The notes under the pieces were generated by a model, which saw only the letters and a program-made list of their open reading frames with translations, made no database searches and was not told the origin of the DNA. A stretch of 63,953 nt of DNA, filler included, from Reticulomyxa filosa (taxonomy: Eukaryota > Protista > Foraminifera), in NCBI GenBank assembly GCA_000512085.1. It is 21 parts of 21 records of this genome, joined end to end, with 100 filler letters (N's around TTAATTAATTAA, not from the genome) between each part and the next. Parts side by side here need not be neighbours in the genome. Positions count along the whole stretch, not along the records: positions 51,691 to 53,490 come from ASPP01015688.1; positions 53,591 to 54,590 come from ASPP01041066.1; positions 54,691 to 56,052 come from ASPP01013437.1; positions 56,153 to 57,595 come from ASPP01002137.1; positions 57,696 to 62,831 come from ASPP01023961.1; positions 62,932 to 63,953 come from ASPP01014679.1; 15 more parts are not named here. The stretch is one strand, 5' to 3'. This document shows, piece by piece, positions 51,591 through 63,943 of the stretch; positions within the stretch are counted from its first letter, which is position 1, and every line of letters begins with the position of its first letter. The translations under genes were made by a program, and so were the position numbers.

Positions 51591-51724
51591 NNNNNNNNNN
51601 NNNNNNNNNNNNNNNNNNNNNNNNNNNNNNNNNNTTAATTAATTAANNNNNNNNNNNNNNNNNNNNNNNNNNNNNNNNNNNNNNNNNNNNAAAAAAAAAA
51701 AAAAAAAAAAAACAATGCCAATAG

Positions 51725-52277
51725 ATTTGTTTCCTTCAATGGTGGCTTTGGGGACAAACAATTGCAATGGTTTGCCGCAGAGTTAGAAAAATGCTACCAA
51801 AACAAAGACAAAGTGATTGTGTTTGCACATCTGCCCGTGTCCTGTGTGAAAGGAGACGAAAAAATATTGGCATGGGACTACGACAAGTTCAGAGCCGTTG
51901 TGGATCGCTTTCGTCCTTGTGTAAAAATGGTGTTTGCTGGACACGACCATCCTGGCGAACTGACATTTGTCAATGGCGTTTGGTATCGCACTTTAGAGGG
52001 GGCTGTCGAAAGTGACGCCGACAAAGACTGCTTTGCTACTGCTTACTTTTATCATGACAAAGTGTTTTTGAAAGGGTATGGAACTATTAATGATGAACTC
52101 TATTTGTTCCAGCCCAATTTCACTGCTCAAGAAAATTTTGCTGTTCCTGCACGATCTTTAGATCGTCTCTCGTCCACTTCACTTCATAATCACGTGCAAA
52201 AGCACTCCCATCTTTCCTGGTCGATTGCAATGCTCACTGTTTTCGTTTGTGCAATTGCAATCAAGTTTTATAAGTAA
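51725..52277 (+). CDS. ADPRM: Mn-dependent ADP-ribose/CDP-alcohol diphosphatase (metallophosphoesterase), last exon
   Basis: FNGGFG.KQLQWF..EL...VIVFAHLP...LAWDYD...FAGHDHPG...GV.YRTLEGAVE, with a hydrophobic C-terminal tail. Confidence 0.82.
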
Positions 52278-52895
52278 CTCTTTTAATTTGCAAACTATGT
52301 ATTTTGCTACCTAGCTTTTTCAAGAGCAAATATAATATACAATGATGACAGAGATTGAAACATTTTTTTTTCTTTTGCAGCTACTTGCTTGAAATCAGCT
52401 CAATTGTTGCATGTCTTTAATCACGCAAATTATAAATGCCATCTCTTACAAAAAATTTCGGTAACTCGACCGAATCTGTGTGGTTGTGTTTGCAACTGCT
52501 AAATATTTCGTAAAAAAATAAAAACAACAACTTTCCTTTTTGTAGTTCGTATAATAAAAAATAAAGAAAAAAACTAACATATTTTTATTTACTAAGCAGG
52601 CATGAAAACATTACTTTCCAAAATCGATCTGATTTATAGTTTGCTGAAAGCTTGGAAAAAAAGGAAACAGAAAATTGCAGATATGAGTGAGTTTTTCTTC
52701 TTTTAGGATTATTTGATATCTTCCATTTTTTATTATTAGCATTACATTTGCGTCTGGGATTTCTCATCAAAAATGGACACAGAAGAGAATCAAATGGCAA
52801 CTTCGATATTTTATTCAGTTAAGATTTGGAAGAAACGTGGAAAGGGGGGGGACGAGAAAAAAAGACGAAAATGGTAAACGAAAAAATAGATTGTA

Positions 52896-53410
52896 TTGAG
52901 TTGGGAGTATGGCCCAGCAGCATGCGCGGAGAGTGATACTGAGAGAAATGCAAGTAGCAGCAGTCTTCCCAACAAGAAGAGGAAGACTGTGTTAACACCA
53001 AGTTCATTTCCAGGAAGTGAAAAGGAGAGCCGAGCAAAAAAAGAGGAAGAGGACGAGGAAGAAGGACAGACACACCAGCAACAACAACAATATAAAAAAG
53101 AAGAAGAAAAAACGAAGACAATATCGCTCCAAGGAAGAAAAGAGGCGGCAACAACCGAGGTGAAAGTAGATGAAAAAGAGGCGAAAACGGAAGATCTCCT
53201 TACCAAAAAAGGGGGCAAGAAAGAAACAGCAGGCAAAGGTTGGAGCTTTAAAAAAGCGATTGGGTTGAATCAAAACAAGAAGCGTAACTTTACGAATATG
53301 AATGCATCTAATCAAGCAAAGCGACAGCTAATGAAGGAAGAGTTTTTTCCTGTCGACTTGTTCCGTATTAAGAGATTCCATCGAGACCATGCAAAAGCAG
53401 AACATCTCAG
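52896..53410 (+). CDS. Hypothetical charged (K/E-rich) protein exon
   Basis: Open, codon-like frame ending at an AG|GTATGT donor near 53410. No domain recognised. Confidence 0.5.
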
Positions 53411-53656
53411 GTATGTTGATTGGGAGAGGAAAAAAAAAAAAAATGTACCAATCGTATTACATTAAAAAAAAAATACAATAAATAAATAAANNNNNNNNNN
53501 NNNNNNNNNNNNNNNNNNNNNNNNNNNNNNNNNNTTAATTAATTAANNNNNNNNNNNNNNNNNNNNNNNNNNNNNNNNNNNNNNNNNNNNTTTTTTTTTT
53601 TTTGGAACACATTATTTTGTAAGAATTTTTCGAATTGAAACTGTTTTGGATTTTAG

Positions 53657-53956
53657 ATTGTCAGATACTCTGGCATTCCTGACTTTGGCAAAGGTGAAAA
53701 ATTTATCGTCGTGGAACTCAACGAACGGGACGAAAATGCGGGTGATGGGTCGAAAAATGAAAAGCGGTACTTTAGTTACAAAACCGAACGAGGACTATTT
53801 GTTAAACCCAAAGACATTACCAAGGTTTTGAAGGTCCCTTCCAACCTAAAGTATCTGGACCTGAATTATCTATTGAACGAAGAGCACGATCCACGAACAA
53901 GCAACAGGATCAGCGTGGAAGAGCGACTCAGAATTTTGGAAGAAAAAGAGAGATAA
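53657..53956 (+). CDS. CAP-Gly domain exon (gene fragment or pseudogene)
   Basis: IVRYSGIPDFGKGEKFIVVELNERDENAGDGSKNEKRYFSYKTERGLFVKPKDI. Confidence 0.75.
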   Translation: MVRYSGIPDFGKGEKFIVVELNERDENAGDGSKNEKRYFSYKTERGLFVKPKDITKVLKVPSNLKYLDLNYLLNEEHDPRTSNRISVEERLRILEEKER

Positions 53957-54690
53957 TTGCAAAAGGAGGAATTGAGTAAAATGATTGAAAAATCATAAGT
54001 GAATGATCGTATTGAAATAGCTGCAGGACGAACAGATTTATTCTAATAATCATTTATCATTTATCATTTATTATGCAAAGGCAAGTTTTCGACAAAACAT
54101 GGCAACGGACTATTTGTGACGACGAAAGACATTCACAAAGCGTTCCCACAATTGTCCGAACTGAACTTGTATGCAGCGATGCAATCGAATCACAAATTTG
54201 TGGCTTTAACTTAAGGGCTTTCGGCCAAGGGACGTCAAGTGGAGGACATAATGAAATCTCTTCCATTGTTCAATCCGCACTTATTCTGAGCTGTATCACA
54301 TCTTTGATAATTGCGTTTGCGAAAATTACTACTTGCTGAGACAATCATTTTCCCGATTCGAATCAACACCTGCGTACTTACAGCTTACTTTAAAGTGACC
54401 GCCACTGTACTTTAACGAGTTGGTTGTTGTGCTTTTTTTTTTTGTGTTTTGTTTTGTAAGGTTATAAAATCTTTTGTTTGAGGGCTAGTGCAAGGGGGCA
54501 GGAATAACCCAAACCAATAAGTAGATGTTTTTACGAATGCAACTTGTTCTGAGTCATTAAATTTGATAATTAATGCAAAATAAAGATAAGNNNNNNNNNN
54601 NNNNNNNNNNNNNNNNNNNNNNNNNNNNNNNNNNTTAATTAATTAANNNNNNNNNNNNNNNNNNNNNNNNNNNNNNNNNNNNNNNNNNNN

Positions 54691-54788
54691 AAAAAAAATT
54701 TTTGATTAAATGCTGTTTTTTCACGGATAAACAAAATCATCTCTATAATGTGGAATTTTAGGTTTCAACTTTCTTTTTTATCATACTG
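54691..54788 (-). mobile_element. Diverged TIR end of the same Tc1-like family
   Basis: Ends ...ATCATACTG|TA. The reverse complement cagtatgataaaaaagaaagttgaaacctaaaa...ccgtgaaaaaacagcatttaa loosely matches the 51422 TIR. Confidence 0.55.
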
Positions 54789-55855
54789 TAGTTTGTCCAC
54801 AAAATCATATCGTCCGCAATTGACACTCGTAAATGCAATATGCTTTGCAATGTTATCTCTTTTTCTTGCCACTGATCTTTCATCTGACTTATCATATTCT
54901 ATTACACAAAGAACAAGCAAAAATTCGAATATAACTAATTTGAAGTTTGTCTCGATCTATTAAATATATATATTGTGTGTGTTACCTGCACCTTGTTCTT
55001 ATATATCTTGTCCGCTAATTTTTTTCATTTGGGTTTTGCATGTACACAATAAGCCAACTTTGTAATAGATATTGATATTACATGCATTATGTTTTCTAAC
55101 AGAATTTTACAAACTCAATTGATTGTTGGAATTGAATATGGAGCGTTTGAGACAATTTGTTCTGTACAATGTAACAATCACAAACGAAATCTCAAATTAA
55201 TTTGTTTTTCTTTTTTTTTAAATCCTTTTTTTTAATGTTTCACTAAACTATTCTGTCCAAAATGTTGATAAGATCATGATTAACTTTAAGCATTCGCTTC
55301 AACGACTTGTCCGCATTCATTATAGTTGCAACATGTAATGTGACCATACCACACTTTAATGCATTTGTTCAAACCCAAAGTTGTTGAATCTCATAATTAT
55401 ATATTAACATCGTCAAATAATAAAAATATTATAAAAACATACAAGTTATCCTTTCTTCATGTTGTTTGTCTTATGACAAACACATTGACTAGTGTAATAT
55501 TTCCAACTAGAATGGCTAGAAAGTCCGACAACACATCAATCTTCATCAACTCTCGAAACAAACACAGGTCAAACATTACCAGTCCTTCAAGGACATACGC
55601 TTGTTTTCTAACTGGTAGTTTAAATACTCGCTTCCTTTATGTATTTATTTTTATGAATTTGTTATTTGTGCACCCAATTTATAATATGTAAATTTTTCCT
55701 AAATCCACATTCCTCTTCTTTGTTCGTACATCATAAAAAGGGACAGCACAGTCCATACAAACATCACATCACTACGATTATTTCGGCTCTTGGTGACATT
55801 GGTACCATATATGCGATGATAAATGTTTCATTTCTATGCACAAATCGGTCATATA

Positions 55856-56052
55856 CATTATGTTGCAAAGAAAACTGAACGCCTAAAACGATATCTTATG
55901 ATGATAATTGATTTTCTCAATGAAAAGTCAACATTTAGACCTAATTTTTTTTAAAAAAATATCTACAAATCTTGTAGTTTTTAAATATGAAATTGGTTTT
56001 TTAATAACTTTTTTTTTTGTTGGATGAAATCACCATTCTTTCAAATAATTTT
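55856..56052 (+). mobile_element. Left TIR of Tc1-family element, near-identical to 51422-51590
   Basis: TA|CATTATGTTGCAAAGAAAACTGAACGCCTAAAACG...aatcttgtagtttttaaatat...tttgttggat runs into the contig end. Confidence 0.88.
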
Positions 56053-56232
56053 NNNNNNNNNNNNNNNNNNNNNNNNNNNNNNNNNNNNNNNNNNNNTTAA
56101 TTAATTAANNNNNNNNNNNNNNNNNNNNNNNNNNNNNNNNNNNNNNNNNNNNTTTGGGATGCATGCGAGTTAAGCAAAAACATTTTTTTGTTGTTGTTGA
56201 TTTATTTTTTTTTTTTTTTTTTTTATCACAAG

Positions 56233-56601
56233 ATGTGTCCATTATGCGGTGTCAAATGTGAAGAACCAAACCCTAACCATTCTGGCCAACACCACAGCTG
56301 AATGCATTTTATTCAGGCATTTCAGGGCTGTCATCAAGTAGGTACACTGAAACTATGGGCGGATATTTGTTCTTCACAATTCAACATGAACTCGAATTGG
56401 TCGGAACAATTAATTCCATGGCATCAATTTGTGGAAAAAAACTACAAAGATTGGCATCCAATTGTGTATTCCAGTAGCCACTGGAATGCTGAGTATGCTG
56501 CAAAAATGAAATGGATGTTTTTTCACGGCGGGTTGCAAGAGAAGTTGCTGGAGAGATTTCAGAACTATAAATCTGTGCCAGAAAATGAATGTCGATTTTA
56601 A
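56233..56601 (+). pseudogene. GVIN1/URGCP (very large inducible GTPase)-like C-terminal exon with in-frame TGA
   Basis: CPLCGVKCEEPNPNHSGQHHS*MHFIQAFQG...DICSS...IPW....YKDW...KMKWMF resembles the CPxCxxxC..H...H...H...C..W..WKW tail of VLIGs. The TGA is at 56299-56301. Confidence 0.6.
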
Positions 56602-56682
56602 ACAAATTAACAATGAATCAGAACCACAAAAGGCAATAATCCTTTTTTAAAAATAAAAGCCACACAGTTGTCATTAACAAAA

Positions 56683-57105
56683 TTAATAATAATTGGTATC
56701 ATCATTGATATAAAGGTCATCATCCTCGAATGATTTCTCTATCAAAACATTCGAATAGTCGTTTTCTAAATATCGCAAGTCCTTACTGGCCTCACAGTAA
56801 TCCCTCGATCCAATTCCTTGTCCATAATACCAATGAAGAAACGAACGTGTTGAATGCAAAAGATCACATTTATGCAGGATTCGTTCGTAGAACATGCGAG
56901 AAATCCCAGTATTGTTGGCAATCATAACAGCATTTTTGCTGCAAGCACCAATATCATCCTGTTCCAAAATGGCAGCAGGTACATCATTCAATCTGATTTT
57001 AAAACCAGTTGGACACCACTCCACCAAAGATACTTTATTGTTTACTTTCATCCATTGAATAGTAGTACTTGCATCTTTACTAGTCCTGAACTTCTTTCGT
57101 ATCAA
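56683..57105 (-). pseudogene. Divergent alpha-tubulin C-terminal fragment
   Basis: VEWCPTGFKI.LN...AVMIANNTGISRMF...DLLHSTRSFLHWYYGQGIGSRDYCEASKDLRYLENDY, compared with canonical [24 protein letters not shown]..LEKDY. No upstream tubulin exons are evident. Confidence 0.8.
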
Positions 57106-57706
57106 TTCTAAGCAAAGTTGACAAAATTATTTATTAAAAAAACAATTCGCAAAGAGTAGTCCAAGGAAAACGGCAAATCAAAAACAAAATATATCAATTG
57201 TGGGGAATTTATTCGCAGAAATAAACTGATTCAAAAACTGTAATTTATTCGATTGTAGAATCTGCCATTTAAAGGAAAATGGCATAACAATGATAGAGAA
57301 AAGATATGCAAAAAAAAAGGAATATTCAGACATGCAAACTACGATAATGATAAGCAATTACGGATAGAACTATTTAAACAAAAGTTGTAAAGTTTTTAAT
57401 AATAGACAAAAGCAAAAATGTGCAATGACATTAAGGAAAAGCAATACATTTATAAGAGTGCCCAAAGTCAGAAAGGTTACATGAGTCAAGTGTTGCAGAA
57501 AGTTTTTTTACCAGCACTTGTCGAACGCACCAAATCCAAAAATCACGAATCAATAAAAGGAGAAATAAAAGGGAAAATAAAAAGAACGTTGATTCNNNNN
57601 NNNNNNNNNNNNNNNNNNNNNNNNNNNNNNNNNNNNNNNTTAATTAATTAANNNNNNNNNNNNNNNNNNNNNNNNNNNNNNNNNNNNNNNNNNNNTTTTT
57701 TTTTTT

Positions 57707-58012
57707 TTAGTACATACTTTGTAAGTCATTTTGATACTGGTCCATAAACGTAGTGCACTTCAAAAGCAAATGTTTTAGGGCGGCATGGTATATCGCCTCG
57801 TTTTCTGAAGGAAAGCCCTTGGATCTACTTTTGCTTGGCGATATTGGGTCCACAAATGTCTCTGGCTGTGGTTTGCATATCGGCACAATTTGGTGGGTGC
57901 AGGACGCACTTGCTGTTGTCTCTCCTTTCCAGAGTACTGTATTTCCTCCTGAGAAATAGGCTTTGGCTTTGCAAAGTACACATTCACCAAGTGGAGGGAA
58001 GGACTGTGCCAT
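57707..58012 (-). CDS. Hypothetical protein, first exon
   Basis: ATG-initiated ORF with CVLC, ending at a probable GTATGT donor before the contig end. It is divergent from RPB11. Confidence 0.45.
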   Translation of the reverse strand: MAQSFPPLGECVLCKAKAYFSGGNTVLWKGETTASASCTHQIVPICKPQPETFVDPISPSKSRSKGFPSENEAIYHAALKHLLLKCTTFMDQYQNDLQSMY

Positions 58013-58403
58013 ATCTCTTGTTGGATACTACAAAAAAAAAAAAAACTTGAAGTCAAAAAAACCTTTAGAAAAAAAACAAACTTTCTCAAACGCGAACAAC
58101 TGTACACAAACTAACAAAATACGAAATTCTCAAAAATATTGCTTTTTTGTACAAATTTGGTTTTTCTTGCTGAGATTCAGATATACGCACTTGCCAAAGG
58201 GAAAAATATTACTATTGCTTGTTGGTCTGAAGGTTAGTGCTTAAATTATTTATAGCAAGCAGGCATAATTTCCTATTGTTATTTAGTCTTTAATTCCAAC
58301 TGTAGATTTTTAGATCCTCAGTGCGCACCTTTTTTAGTAAGGCCCAAAATCCGTTGAACTTTTTGCAAAGACAAAAAACTCTATTATTGAACAAGAAAGA
58401 TAA

Positions 58404-58739
58404 ATGAACCAACCAGAAAGGCATGAGTCATATGTGTTAGCTCCAGATGAAAAGAAAGTAGTCTATAAAAAAGATACGAAAATAATGAATGCGGGAACTT
58501 TTACAATACTAAAAGAAGACCACACAATTGGTAATTTGATAAGAATGCAACTGTTAAAAGACAACGATATTTTATTTGCCGGATATAAAGTTCCTCATCC
58601 TTTGTTATACGAACTTTTAATCAAGATTAGAACTAATGGAATAAAGTCTCCTGTCGAATCCATGACCAATGCTTTGGAGCATTTGGAACACTCTTTTCTC
58701 CATGTTCAATCACAGTTCCAAAAACAATCACTTCCTTAA
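58404..58739 (+). CDS. RPB11: RNA polymerase II subunit RPB11
   Basis: MNQPER.E...KKV....DTK..NAGTFTILKEDHTIGNLIRMQLLKD..ILFAGYKVPHPL, complete at 111 aa. Confidence 0.97.
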   Translation: MNQPERHESYVLAPDEKKVVYKKDTKIMNAGTFTILKEDHTIGNLIRMQLLKDNDILFAGYKVPHPLLYELLIKIRTNGIKSPVESMTNALEHLEHSFLHVQSQFQKQSLP

Positions 58740-61327
58740 TTTCACCCTTTTTAGCTTTATCCCTTTCGTGTTTTCGCTTCTTTCCGTTTTGTTTATTTCC
58801 AAAACAAAAAACAAACTGGAATACACAATTCCTTAAATTGTTGTTGTTCGACATCGACAAACTATAAAATATCATCAATATTCTCCTTAATTTTTTGATA
58901 AATTTGAGTTGGAATTGCTCTCACAAGTTTGTATTACCAATCAATGACAACAATCTCTTTAAGACCTTTTTTGAATTTACCTTAATAGACTCAGTGTAAC
59001 TTTTTTATGTACTTCAGCAAATAAATAGAGCAATCAACTATACTCAATACAGACAAAACAAATGCAAAAAAAAGACCAATTCAAAAAACCTTGTTTTGCT
59101 ATCTCCGACTATTAACATCAAAATTTACTTTATCACAATTTATTTTCTTTGCTCTTTTCATAACTCTTGTTTGTAGTGCATTTACTAAATTAATTTTATT
59201 ATTTGTTTCGACCTGTGTGGTAACAGAGAAGCCCCACTCGGAACGTGGGAACCCTTTTTCCACTGAAAACATTACCATACTTCTTACTTTTCTTGTGTTG
59301 ATTTGTTTTGGCCATTTTTTATTATTTTCCGTCAATTTTTTGAAAAATTTATAAAGATAAATAAAACACAAGCATACTGTCAATTTTTTAAAACTTAGAC
59401 AGTGTTATTCATCTACGTGAAAAATCAATTATCTTTATGATGTGTGTAATTTCTTTGCATTATACTGTATTTAAACTGAATGTAGGTCTGATTATTAATT
59501 AATATCAAAAGGATGACAATTTGATTTATCATTGTTTAATCGTTATGTGAGTAATGCTAAAAATACAAAAGTTGTCACTAATTTAATACATTGCTTTCAC
59601 AACAAAACGTTAAATAACAAATACAAACGATTCTGCTGTTGGAATAAAAAAATATACTTGTTAAATCTTCCAAGCAAAGTTTCAAAAGCTAGTTGCTTGA
59701 GAAAAATTGAACATTATACTGACGAACACCATAGCATAATAAGTTAGGTTTTTTTGGACTTTCCTAATATCATCAAACAGCCGACCAGTTGTAAAGAAGC
59801 CAAGACATAACAAGAAAACACGAATTCGATCAAAGAAGAAATTTCAAATCATCAGCTGATACAATGATAACTATAGATGCATCAAGCTGTTCTCAAAACT
59901 TTTTTTCACAGATTTCATTTGAATTTTTTGTTTATGAAATATTTGGAGATTTTTGATATCATAATTTTTCTTTTTAACAACTTTTTCAATTTATTTACGT
60001 TTTTGTTGTACTATGCCCCTTTGTGGTGGGGTCTATAACAACTATATAAAAAAAACTTAGAATGCTTGCAAACAGTTTTACTATTTTTTTGATTATTTTG
60101 TTAAGTTGACATTTCATTTCAATAATTCTTTCTGATCACAGCATAAATTGCAACAAATTATATTAAATCTTTTTTTCTACAACAAATATGCACATTAAAA
60201 TTGTTATTTATTATTATACAAAAGTTTGTATTATTATAGTTATTAATATAATAAAAAAACACAATGTACAAATATGTAATTTTTTCTACTTGTTTATCAA
60301 GTTTAATTCGATCTAAGTGCTGCAATAATATTTTAATTTTTAGATATATCAACATACTATAAAGTATTCTGTGTTGCAAAAAACCTCGTTGTCAATACTA
60401 ATGTAATTTTCAAAATCTTTACACAGCAAATTTTGATACAAAAATAACAAAGGATAATATATATTTAAACAAAATATAAATATAGCTTGTAAAAGGAAAA
60501 AAATTTGATATTTTATTTCTTAAGAAACTTAATTATCTTAATACATTTGCAAGCGCACTGAAGATTTACAACGTATAATAATTATTTAATTTTTTTTATA
60601 CAATGTAATTAATAAATTAAACATAATTATATATTTAAATAGTCCAACAAAGATAATATATGATATGTTACAAAACTGATTTCAATACACTGTAAGTAAA
60701 TTCTAATGTTTATCATTATCATAATTAAATAACAAGTTCCAATTTGATATTTATCAAGGTAAATGTAATATTTTTAATTTCATTATTGTGTAGTCAAAGA
60801 TTAACACATTTTGAAGATTTTCGTGAACTGCAAACAAAATATTTGAAACATACGCATATTCAAAAAAAGTTAACATGTACGTATTAATCAAAACAATTAT
60901 AACCATTGTTTTGGAATTTTATGTATTTACATTAACAGTATTTCCATATTTTATTCCTTTTGCGACTGGTTGGCAATGTAAGAACAAATGAAAACTCAAT
61001 TATTTTCAGTTTTTTTGAAGTTGCACGTTCACGTAAAAAAAATTTAAAGACTGGAAAGAACTGCTGTAGAAAAGAAAAGTGTAATACATAACATATTACA
61101 AAAGCAAATGCTATCTTTTTTTTTTCAATATGGTAATAAAACGAGAATTGGAGAAATTCAAGATGGCTATTTTTGATGTGATAAAAACAAACTTTGTAAA
61201 TGAAGGAAAATGCAAAACTAGTATAAGATCAAGTTAAAAACGCTTTTTAGAAAGAACAAAACAAATAAAAAGTGTATTTGCCCAACAACATTGCACTGTA
61301 GTGACAAAACAAAAGCCCATTTTTAGT

Positions 61328-62831
61328 TCAATAAGACATTTGGTTTTGATTTACGAACTGATCAATATGAAACTTATGCGATCGCATATTCAATCGAATA
61401 AGAGCATCTTCTTTATGTTTTTTGAATTCTTTCATTTGTTTAATGCTCTCGACTCGCTTTTGCTTGAGTCGTTTTTCGCTTGCAATCATTTCTTCCAAGT
61501 GGAACCTTTTGTTGGGGTTGTTGATTTCGGCAATGATCTGCTCATTTGATTTGTAAAAGAAAGATTCTCTCGTTTTCTGCTTGTACGATATGGCAAAGTC
61601 ACGATGACCGATCACTGTACCGTCTTTTCGTACTAACTCATTCATGTGATTGATATCCACAACGCTATTGTCTTTCGATTCACTATTCACAAAGAGAAGA
61701 GAGGAGGAAGAGGTTAATTGTACAGTATATTGTATTCACTTATATGTGCCTAGGCTTATATACATATATATGTGTATATAATAAAAACAGTCTAGTAACT
61801 CGAAAGGTATAATTTGATAGTCTTTATCTTCATCAATGGTCTTCATATCTGCGTTTTCATTGTATTTGCCCCACTTGTAATGTCGAACGAAAATGGAATC
61901 TCCTTGTTCGATCATGTCCATTTTTTCTTTTTCGTCAGCATCGTCTGTGACCTTAATACTGTACACCGAGGGACCGCGATCTAAATTCAGTTTGCAATGT
62001 CCGGAATGACGCATGTGTGCCTGCACCGCTCGAAGCGATCTGAACTTGTGCCAACACCACGTGCACTGGCTCTCTTCTCCAACCACTTCGTACACATCTT
62101 CAAACAACCCTTCTAAAGAAACCAATCTTTTTTCCACTGTTAAACACACACACACATGCCAATGACACCCAATATATATGTGTATATATAACGTGAAAAA
62201 AAAAAAAAAAAAGTTAAACATGGAATAAAAAATCCATGTGCTTTTTGCATATGTTCGAAATTCTGAGTAAAAGTAGGGAAATCGCGTTGAGAGCAAAACA
62301 AGCAACGTGTTTCATCCAAGAATTCCGTGTCTTCCTCCTCTTCCTCTTCATCGTCATCATCATCTTCATAATCGTCCTCATTGTCCTCATCACTGTCACC
62401 CACTCCAATGGAGCGAGCCTTAACGGAGGATTGATCTTGGTGCTTCATGACAGCTTTGGGTCCCTTTTTTTTGACAAATTTTTGCATTTGCACGACCTCA
62501 ACGCATTCATTGTTGTCGATGCTGGTGTTCACAATGATCTGTCTCCGATGGATTTTCGCGTGATTGCTATTGCGGCCACGACTGCGAAGACCCGTGGATA
62601 CCACGCTGTCAACATCCGACGCCGACTCTTCTCCCACTTTACGCGCTACATTCGTAGCAGAGCGTTGCTGCGTCTCATCCGTCGCATTTGTCGTTGCAGT
62701 TTCTTGGCCTTGAGATTGTGATTGCAATTCTGCTTGTGCTGATTGAGATTGAGGTTGAGGTTGAGATTGAGATTGAGATTGAGATTGAGGTTCAGGTTCA
62801 GGTTGAGGTTGAGATTGAGGTTCAGGTTCAG
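61328..62831 (-). CDS. ZNF622: ZNF622/Rei1/Reh1 60S biogenesis C2H2 zinc-finger protein, 5' truncated, multi-exon
   Basis: CLFC...NFEHMQKAHGFFIP; LVSLEGL...CTWC..KFRSLRAVQAHMRHSGHCKL; EL...DG.VIGHRDF...YKQ. A QS/QP/EP hexamer repeat lies at 62740-62831. Confidence 0.9.
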
Positions 62832-62942
62832 NNNNNNNNNNNNNNNNNNNNNNNNNNNNNNNNNNNNNNNNNNNNTTAATTAATTAANNNNNNNNNNNNN
62901 NNNNNNNNNNNNNNNNNNNNNNNNNNNNNNNATAGGCCCCAG

Positions 62943-63824
62943 ATGACCGCCAGCCAATTTAGCCGCTTGTTACTGTTGGCCTGTATTTGGGGCGCTTCGT
63001 TTTTGTGCATCCGGCTGGCGGTGCAACAACTGAGCGCCTTTCAGCTGATGGCGTCGCGGGTCTTGTTAGCCGCCAGCTTTTTAATGATCGTTGGCTGGTG
63101 GTGGCGCCGTCCAGCCTTGCCGTGGCAGCGATACCGGCATTTTCTGCTGCTTGGTTTTATCAATTCGGCGTTACCTTTTGTGCTTTATGCGGTTTCAGCT
63201 AAATGGCTGACCGCGTCATTACTGTCGGTATTAAATGCCACCGCCCCGATGTGGGGCGCTGTGATAGGTGCTGTAGCCTTTGGCCAGCGGATTTATTGGC
63301 GCACTGTGGTTGGTTTGCTGGCCGGCGTCGTCGGTGTCGCCTTATTGGTGGGCTTAGATCCCACGTTAACCCCGGATGCGCTGCTGGGTGTGCTCTGTGC
63401 CACTGGCGCTGCAGCCTGTTATGGCCTCGGTACGCATCTGACCAAACGGGCCGCTTCGCTGGACCCGTTTATCAACGCTCACGGCAGTATGTGGGGCGCT
63501 TTGGTTTGTTTATTACCGGTGGCGTTATGGCAACCGCTCCCGCTGCAGATCAGTGGTATCACGGTTGTTGCGGTGTTGGTGCTGAGTATTTTATGCACCG
63601 GCGCGGCGTATTTGTTGTATTTTGGCTTGATCCGCGATGTAGGGGCTACTTCCACCTTGACAGTGACTTATCTGATCCCGTTGTTTGGTATTGGCTGGGG
63701 CGTGTTACTGCTTGATGAGCACGTTGGCTGGCACACCGCAGCCGGTGCCGCCATTGTGCTGTTTGGCACCGCCTGGGTGACCGGTTTTCAGCTGAAGTTA
63801 CCAAACTTTACTGCAAAAAATTAA
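62943..63824 (+). CDS. EamA/RhaT (DMT superfamily) transporter, bacterial-type
   Basis: Intronless 293 aa with about 10 TM segments: LLACIWGASF, INSALPF.L, LNATAP, LCTGAAYLLYF.LI..VGAT....VTYLIPLFG..WG..LL.E. GC content is much higher than in the other contigs. Confidence 0.95.
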   Translation: MTASQFSRLLLLACIWGASFLCIRLAVQQLSAFQLMASRVLLAASFLMIVGWWWRRPALPWQRYRHFLLLGFINSALPFVLYAVSAKWLTASLLSVLNATAPMWGAVIGAVAFGQRIYWRTVVGLLAGVVGVALLVGLDPTLTPDALLGVLCATGAAACYGLGTHLTKRAASLDPFINAHGSMWGALVCLLPVALWQPLPLQISGITVVAVLVLSILCTGAAYLLYFGLIRDVGATSTLTVTYLIPLFGIGWGVLLLDEHVGWHTAAGAAIVLFGTAWVTGFQLKLPNFTAKN

Positions 63825-63943
63825 CATGTATTCAGAATGGATTCAGCCTCAGCGTCGTATACCTGTGTAAAGCATGCGAACTTCAGAGCGCTGTGGGAAT
63901 CAAAGCGAAAAGTCCGGCATGCGGTGTTGATGCTGCTATGTCC

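Noticed and set aside
28881-57105. Immune gene cluster of RNF213-like, GVIN-like, WD40 and Kelch genes
   Set aside because: The genes lie on different contigs joined artificially, so there is no linkage evidence.
62688-62879. Plus-strand IEIEVEVQ repeat protein
   Set aside because: It is the antisense of the QS/QP/EP linker of the ZNF622-like gene.
1542-62931. Regularly recurring TTAATTAATTAA as a repeat or CRISPR-like array
   Set aside because: It is always embedded in N44 flanks and is an artificial six-frame-stop linker.
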